This document shows, one piece after another, positions 36,673-41,634 of a DNA stretch of 41,634 nt. The first letter of the stretch is position 1; each line of letters opens with the position of its first letter. Under the pieces are notes generated by a model. The model did no database searches, was not told where the DNA came from, and saw only the letters and a program-made list of their open reading frames with translations. The translations under genes and the position numbers were made by a program. The stretch lies in the IMG/VR virus record IMGVR_UViG_3300042554_000432, positions 1-41,634 of that record. One strand, 5' to 3'. Origin of the DNA: a virus. Its lineage: Duplodnaviria > Caudoviricetes.

Positions 36673-36674
36673 GA

Positions 36675-37217
36675 TTAGCACACCACCATTTCTGCGTTGC
36701 ATGCTGGGCAGATAGGGCAGCCGTGGTTGTCCACGGTTGCACGGCTAACACGGCAGATGTAGTTGTCGTTTAAACAAGCAACCTTAATCAAGCGGGTTGT
36801 TTGTTTTTTGCGGTCAGGGATTGTGATTGCAGCGTGTGGATAATCAGGCATGCGCTCAGCGATTGTCGCTGCCCATTGTGGCAGCGTTGAGCCGTTTAAA
36901 CCGACACGGCTTAGGGCTGCCTTGTAATCCCTGCCCTGCTTGAAATCACCAGTTGCAGCAGCAACCAGCAACGGCATCACCAAACCGATAACGGCTGATT
37001 TCTCAGCGATTGTTGGTGAAACAAAAATTTCTGCGTTGAACTCATCTGATGCTGCTGGTGGGATGAGTTGAGCGCCGACCTGATTTCTTTTGCCTTGCTG
37101 GGCTGGGAACCCACAAGACAATTTCACGGCAGGTTCCTCATCTGCCATGTCTAATCTGCTGCTGATTTTTGGCAACGCTGATGCTGCCAATTTTTGTAAC
37201 CATTGTTCACGGTTCAT
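36675..37217 (-). CDS. SprT-like protein lacking HExxH, with C-terminal Zn ribbon
   Basis: MNREQWL..SCGFP..EIFVSP..KKQTTRLIKVAC..CPIC; MPLLVA occupies the expected HELxH position. Confidence 0.6.
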   Translation of the reverse strand: MNREQWLQKLAASALPKISSRLDMADEEPAVKLSCGFPAQQGKRNQVGAQLIPPAASDEFNAEIFVSPTIAEKSAVIGLVMPLLVAAATGDFKQGRDYKAALSRVGLNGSTLPQWAATIAERMPDYPHAAITIPDRKKQTTRLIKVACLNDNYICRVSRATVDNHGCPICPACNAEMVVC

Positions 37218-37271
37218 TTGTTTTGCCTTTCCAGTCTAGGGTTTAAACCCAGTTGTTTAAACCACTATCCG

Positions 37272-37301
37272 ATTATAGGCACACAATTTTTGAAAGGTCA
37301 A
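37272..37301 (-). promoter_or_regulatory. Strong sigma70/SigA-type early promoter
   Basis: TTGACC (37301-37296), 18-bp spacer, TATAAT (37277-37272); A/T tracts upstream resemble an UP element. Confidence 0.8.
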
Positions 37302-37359
37302 CACCATTTTGCAAAAAACTTTAAATTTTTTTTTGAGACAAAACATCTCACTATTTGAG

Positions 37360-37526
37360 ATGCCATTGCCCGTGCTGGATTGCCCTGCCTGCGCTGCGAT
37401 TGCCAGCGCCTGCCCTGCCTGCCCTGCCCTGCCTTGTTGTGTGGTGTGCGCTAGTAGCAGCAACAAGCCGTGCCAGCGCTGCGCCATCCCTAGCGCTGCC
37501 AGCCCGCTGCGTGTGCAGCCTGCTGC
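37360..37526. repeat. GC-rich low-complexity TGCC(C)/GCTGC tract
   Basis: For example TGCCCTGCCTGCCCTGCCCTGCC at 37411-37433; GC content far above the genome average. Confidence 0.6.
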
Positions 37527-37897
37527 GTTTAAACAAAAAGCCAGCGAGTGAAGGGGTCATTTGACCCCAGCATTATTAAAATCGCTGCGTATGTGTATGT
37601 GTGTATCCACACACATAACTTTGCTAGCCCTGAAAATGGGGGGCTGACCAGCACTTTTGCCCCATTTGGGGGCAATTACGCTGCCTACGGAAAAAAAGTT
37701 TAAACATTTGTGTCCAATTACATGCCATTGGACACCTATTAGTAAGTGAAAGGCGTAATCTATGCAGCCTTTCACGCATAAGCAGGAAACCCCTATCGGG
37801 TTTCCCTAGGCATACCCCTAACCTACGGCTTATGCCTTCGGTTAGGATAAGTGAGTTTTAGCCCAAGACTCACCACAATCGGTCTTGGAGAAACGCT

Positions 37898-39763
37898 ATG
37901 GAAAGAAAACGCACGACTTCTGCTTCGCATGTTTCTGATGCAGTTAAGAAGCAAATCATTGATTTTTTAATACAGGGGTACTCTGTCCAAAAGGCATGTG
38001 ATGCCGTAGGCAGAAGTATCAAGACTTACGAGTATTACCGTAAGACCGACCCCGACTTTGCTCTAGCAATAGACAAGATACGGTCTATGACCGCAAGGGG
38101 TGAAATAGGTGGTCCGACTAAAGAAGTCCCACCATTTCCCGAATTTTCCGAGAAGTATCTCGGCACACAAGTCTTTACGCACCAAAAGCATTGGATAGAC
38201 TTACTAGAGGGTCGAGTTCCGCAGGAAGTCCACCCATCCATAATCTATGAACCGGGTGCGCCTGATTTACTTATTGTAAATACCCCACCTGAGCATGCTA
38301 AGAGTACGACCATTACGGTCAACTATGCGGTTTATCGTATTTGCCAAAATCCAAACATCCGCATAATGATTGTTTCTAAGACTCAGGCAATGGCTCAGAA
38401 GTTCCTTCTTTCTATTAAGAACCGTTTGACCCATCCTAGGTATCAAGACCTTCATCTAGCCTTTGGACCTGCTGGTGGTTTTGAAAAGAACTCAGACTCT
38501 TGGAAACAAGATTTGATTTACCTATCGGCTGATGCCCGTGACTCAGGTGAAAAAGACCCTACCGTTCAGGCTATCGGTATCCGTGGTCACATCTACGGTT
38601 CCCGTGCAGATTTAATTATCATGGATGACTGTGTTGACCATACCAACGCCCATGAGTACGAAAAACAAATTGACTGGATACAGTCCGAAGTTATGTCCCG
38701 TATTGATAATGACGGGGGTAAACTTCTTGTTGTAGGTACACGCCTACGACCTAAAGACTTGTATTCAGAACTCAGGGACCCTATGCGCTACCCTGATGAA
38801 ACTTCTCCTTGGACTTATTTTGCTCAGCCTGCGGTATTAGAATTTGCCGACAACTCAAAAGACTGGGTAACTCTATGGGCAAAAACAAACATGCCCCCTG
38901 TGTCGGGTAAAGGTGTACCTGACGAAAACGGACTTTACGATAAATGGACTGGTGAAGCATTATCCAAGAAGCGTGGGCGTATGTCCCCAAATCTTTGGGC
39001 AATGGTTTATCAACAACAGCAAGTACATGAGGACTCGGCTTTTCCTTCGGATGCTGTTAAAGGTGTAATTAACGCAGGTCGTAACATTGGCAGAATACCT
39101 AAAGGTATGCCCGGTGTTAGACCCCAAGGCATGGATGGCTTAATTGTCGTTGCAGGTTTTGACCCAGCAGGTGCTGGTTATTCTGCTGCCGTTGCTATTG
39201 GTTTAGACATCTCAACACAAAAGAGATACCTGATAGATGTATCCAATGTGGCAGGTATGTTACCTGATGAGATTAGAAGTTTGATTAAAGACTGGACTGA
39301 TAAGTACAACATTTCTGAGTGGCGTATTGAAAAGAACGCTTTTCAGACAATGCTCACTCAGGACCGTGAAGTACGAGAATACCTTTCGTCAAGGGGTGCG
39401 GTTCTACGGGAACATCACACAGGACAAAATAAATGGGACACCGATTTCGGAGTCGCTTCTTTGACGACCTTATTCCACGGACATGATGAAGGCATTGCTC
39501 TTATTGAGTTTCCTTCTACTCATGCTTCCGAGGGATTAAAGGCTTTGATAGAGCAGTTGGTTACTTGGTATCCCGACTCTCCTAAATCACAAAAGAAAGA
39601 CTGCGTGATGGCATTTTGGTTTGCAGAACTTGCATGCCGTGACCGCCTTGCATCAGCAAATAACTTTGCTCGTTCGCATAGCCGTCAAAACATGTTCCAT
39701 ACACGATACGACCAAAGTAACCAAGTAAACATTTCACTAGATGAACTGCTTTACACAAACTAA
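37898..39763 (+). CDS. terL: Terminase large subunit with N-terminal HTH
   Basis: Walker A variant PPEHAKST, Walker B LIIMDD, VVGTR, nuclease GFDPA..IEKNAFQ..DCVMA. Confidence 0.92.
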   Translation: MERKRTTSASHVSDAVKKQIIDFLIQGYSVQKACDAVGRSIKTYEYYRKTDPDFALAIDKIRSMTARGEIGGPTKEVPPFPEFSEKYLGTQVFTHQKHWIDLLEGRVPQEVHPSIIYEPGAPDLLIVNTPPEHAKSTTITVNYAVYRICQNPNIRIMIVSKTQAMAQKFLLSIKNRLTHPRYQDLHLAFGPAGGFEKNSDSWKQDLIYLSADARDSGEKDPTVQAIGIRGHIYGSRADLIIMDDCVDHTNAHEYEKQIDWIQSEVMSRIDNDGGKLLVVGTRLRPKDLYSELRDPMRYPDETSPWTYFAQPAVLEFADNSKDWVTLWAKTNMPPVSGKGVPDENGLYDKWTGEALSKKRGRMSPNLWAMVYQQQQVHEDSAFPSDAVKGVINAGRNIGRIPKGMPGVRPQGMDGLIVVAGFDPAGAGYSAAVAIGLDISTQKRYLIDVSNVAGMLPDEIRSLIKDWTDKYNISEWRIEKNAFQTMLTQDREVREYLSSRGAVLREHHTGQNKWDTDFGVASLTTLFHGHDEGIALIEFPSTHASEGLKALIEQLVTWYPDSPKSQKKDCVMAFWFAELACRDRLASANNFARSHSRQNMFHTRYDQSNQVNISLDELLYTN

Positions 39764-39778
39764 ACGAAAGAGGTGAGC

Positions 39779-41596
39779 ATGGCGCTTTCCATTGAGGAAA
39801 TCACTAGCGGGTTTGACCGCTATCGCCGTGCATACGCTGACCGCGATACTCGTATGTACAATGTGCTACTTGTTCGCCAAGGCAAGATGCGAGATGTTTT
39901 CCCTGACTTATTCCCTGATGGTCCGTTTGAGAACCCTATTGTTGCAAACATGGTGGACATTGCTGCCCGTGACTTGGCAGAAGTTATTGCACCACTACCA
40001 GCATTTAATTGTAATTCAACAACCATGGTATCTGAGGCAGCCCGCAAGAAGGCTGATAAGCGTGGTGAGATTGTTAATGGCTACATTGACTATTCAAACT
40101 TACAGGCTCAGATGTTCAATGCTGCTGACCGTTATGTAACTTATGGTTTCGTAGCAGCACAGGTAGAAATTGATGTTAAGGACAAGATGCCACGCATCCG
40201 TTTCTTTGACTCCATTGGTTCATACCCAGTCATGGACCGTTTTGGTCGTGTAGTTAAATTCTATCAACGCATTATGAAGCCAACTACTGAACTTATGGGT
40301 CAATACCCTGAGTTGGCAAACTTGATTTATTCTAAAGATAATCCGTCAGACATGATGGAAGTGGTCCGTTATCACGATAAAGACCAAGATGTTTTGTTTA
40401 TTCCAAACCGTAACAACCTAATTCTTGACCGTGCAGTAAACCCAATCGGTGAAGTAATGATTAGGGTTGTTCAACGACCATCTATTGACGACCAATCCCG
40501 TGGTCAATTTGATGATGTGCTAGCAGTTCAAGTTGCTAAAGCACGCTACGCCTTGCTTTCCCTAGAGGCAGCGACCAAGGCAGTACAAGCACCAATCGCT
40601 ATGCCTACTGATGTACAGGAGTTGGCTCTTGGACCTGATGCAATTATGCGCTCACAGAAGCCTAATGAAATTCGTAGAGTCCCACTTGAAATACCAGCAG
40701 GCGCTTTTGCTCAACAGGGAGTTCTTGAACAAGAACTGCGTTTAGGTTCTCGTTATCCTGAAAGCCGTACAGGTAACCTTGATGCTTCAATCGTTACTGG
40801 TCGTGGTGTTCAGGCTCTTATGTCCGGCTTTGATACACAAATCAAAACCGCACACTCTATGTTTGCCCGTGCCTTTGTTGAACTTGTTGGCATCTGCTTC
40901 AAGGTTGACGAAATGGTATTTGGTAATACCGAAAAAGAATTAAAGGGTAACTATCATGGAACCCCTTACTCAATCAAGTATCGCCCAACCCGCGACATTG
41001 ATGGTGACTACACCGTAGATGTTCAGTACGGATTGATGGCAGGACTTGACCCTAACCGTGCTTTGGTATTTGGATTGCAGGCTCGCGGAGATAAATTGAT
41101 TTCCCGTGATTTCCTACGCAGACAAATGCCATTTTCATTTAATGCAACACAAGAGGAAGCCAAGGTTGATACCGAGGAACTTCGTGATGCAATGAAGCAA
41201 GCGATTGCTTCCTATGCTCAGGCTATTCCAGCCCTTGCATCCCAAGGACAAAACCCAACTGAAATCTTAGTTGCTTTATCATCAGTCATAAACGCACGCC
41301 AAAAGGGAACTTCTATTGAAGTTGCTGTGGCAGATGCGTTCAGACAACCTGAGGTTCCCACACCTGCGGGCATGACTCCTGAAACAGTAAGTCCTGATGG
41401 CATGCCAGTTGAGGGTCCTGCGGGTGCTGGGCAACAACTCCCCGCTGGATTAAGTCCAAGTGGTCGGATGGTCGGCGTGGCAGCAGGTCAAATTGCGCCC
41501 GGTGGTCGCCCTGATGTTCAGTCACTTTTGGCAAGTCTAACTCAACAAGGAGAGCCTAATTTACAGGCTAGCCTAATTCGGCGAGTACCAGCGTAA
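39779..41596 (+). CDS. Portal protein
   Basis: About 605 aa directly after terL; helical with a Pro/Gly-rich tail; GAGGTG RBS. Confidence 0.85.
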   Translation: MALSIEEITSGFDRYRRAYADRDTRMYNVLLVRQGKMRDVFPDLFPDGPFENPIVANMVDIAARDLAEVIAPLPAFNCNSTTMVSEAARKKADKRGEIVNGYIDYSNLQAQMFNAADRYVTYGFVAAQVEIDVKDKMPRIRFFDSIGSYPVMDRFGRVVKFYQRIMKPTTELMGQYPELANLIYSKDNPSDMMEVVRYHDKDQDVLFIPNRNNLILDRAVNPIGEVMIRVVQRPSIDDQSRGQFDDVLAVQVAKARYALLSLEAATKAVQAPIAMPTDVQELALGPDAIMRSQKPNEIRRVPLEIPAGAFAQQGVLEQELRLGSRYPESRTGNLDASIVTGRGVQALMSGFDTQIKTAHSMFARAFVELVGICFKVDEMVFGNTEKELKGNYHGTPYSIKYRPTRDIDGDYTVDVQYGLMAGLDPNRALVFGLQARGDKLISRDFLRRQMPFSFNATQEEAKVDTEELRDAMKQAIASYAQAIPALASQGQNPTEILVALSSVINARQKGTSIEVAVADAFRQPEVPTPAGMTPETVSPDGMPVEGPAGAGQQLPAGLSPSGRMVGVAAGQIAPGGRPDVQSLLASLTQQGEPNLQASLIRRVPA

Positions 41597-41634
41597 AGGG
41601 GGTGAATAAATGAAGGGATACAGCAAGAAGCCAG
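40544..41634. repeat. Imperfect terminal overlap, copy 2 (matches 1..1088)
   Basis: Direct alignment by eye. Confidence 0.95.

Larger units (their letters stand above)
28063..37705. repeat. Dense zone of the dispersed palindrome GTTTAAAC (39 of 57 copies)
   Basis: Manual enumeration; coordinates given in findings. Confidence 0.95.

Noticed and set aside
28063-37705. GTTTAAAC series as a CRISPR array or cloning (PmeI) scars
   Set aside because: The repeat is only 8 bp, spacing is irregular, and copies sit inside intact conserved ORFs with no vector or linker sequence
37257-37775. Several 69-80 aa ORFs in the track
   Set aside because: They arise from the stop-poor GC-rich tract, some overlap the promoter, and they lack clear RBSs
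1-41634. Prophage or integration module
   Set aside because: No integrase, repressor, att site or flanking host genes were recognised

Overview
This window is an essentially complete, circularly permuted genome of a tailed dsDNA phage. The unit length is 40,543 bp, with a ~1.09 kb imperfect end overlap inside the portal gene. The layout is podovirus-like: terminase, portal, internal/ejected virion proteins, scaffold, major capsid, tail tubular proteins and fibres, lysis genes, a rightward replication module and a leftward early module. WhiB and the gene content point to an actinobacterial host, plausibly a low-GC freshwater lineage (inference). I recognised no integrase or DNA polymerase. The strongest unexplained signal is the palindrome GTTTAAAC, which occurs 57 times by manual count versus about 1 expected. 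It falls in all reading frames and forms a polar gradient: 39 quasi-regularly spaced copies at 28.0-37.7 kb, then none from 37.7 kb to the end. Meanwhile several short palindromes appear to be avoided. Other notable items are an ADP-ribosyltransferase domain inside the 2116-aa virion protein, an amidoligase + glutamine amidotransferase early module, a catalytically eroded SprT-like first gene, a proteasome-beta/HslV-like peptidase, a cluster of tiny Lys-rich proteins and several candidate structured RNAs. All family assignments come from motif recognition by eye; no searches were run.
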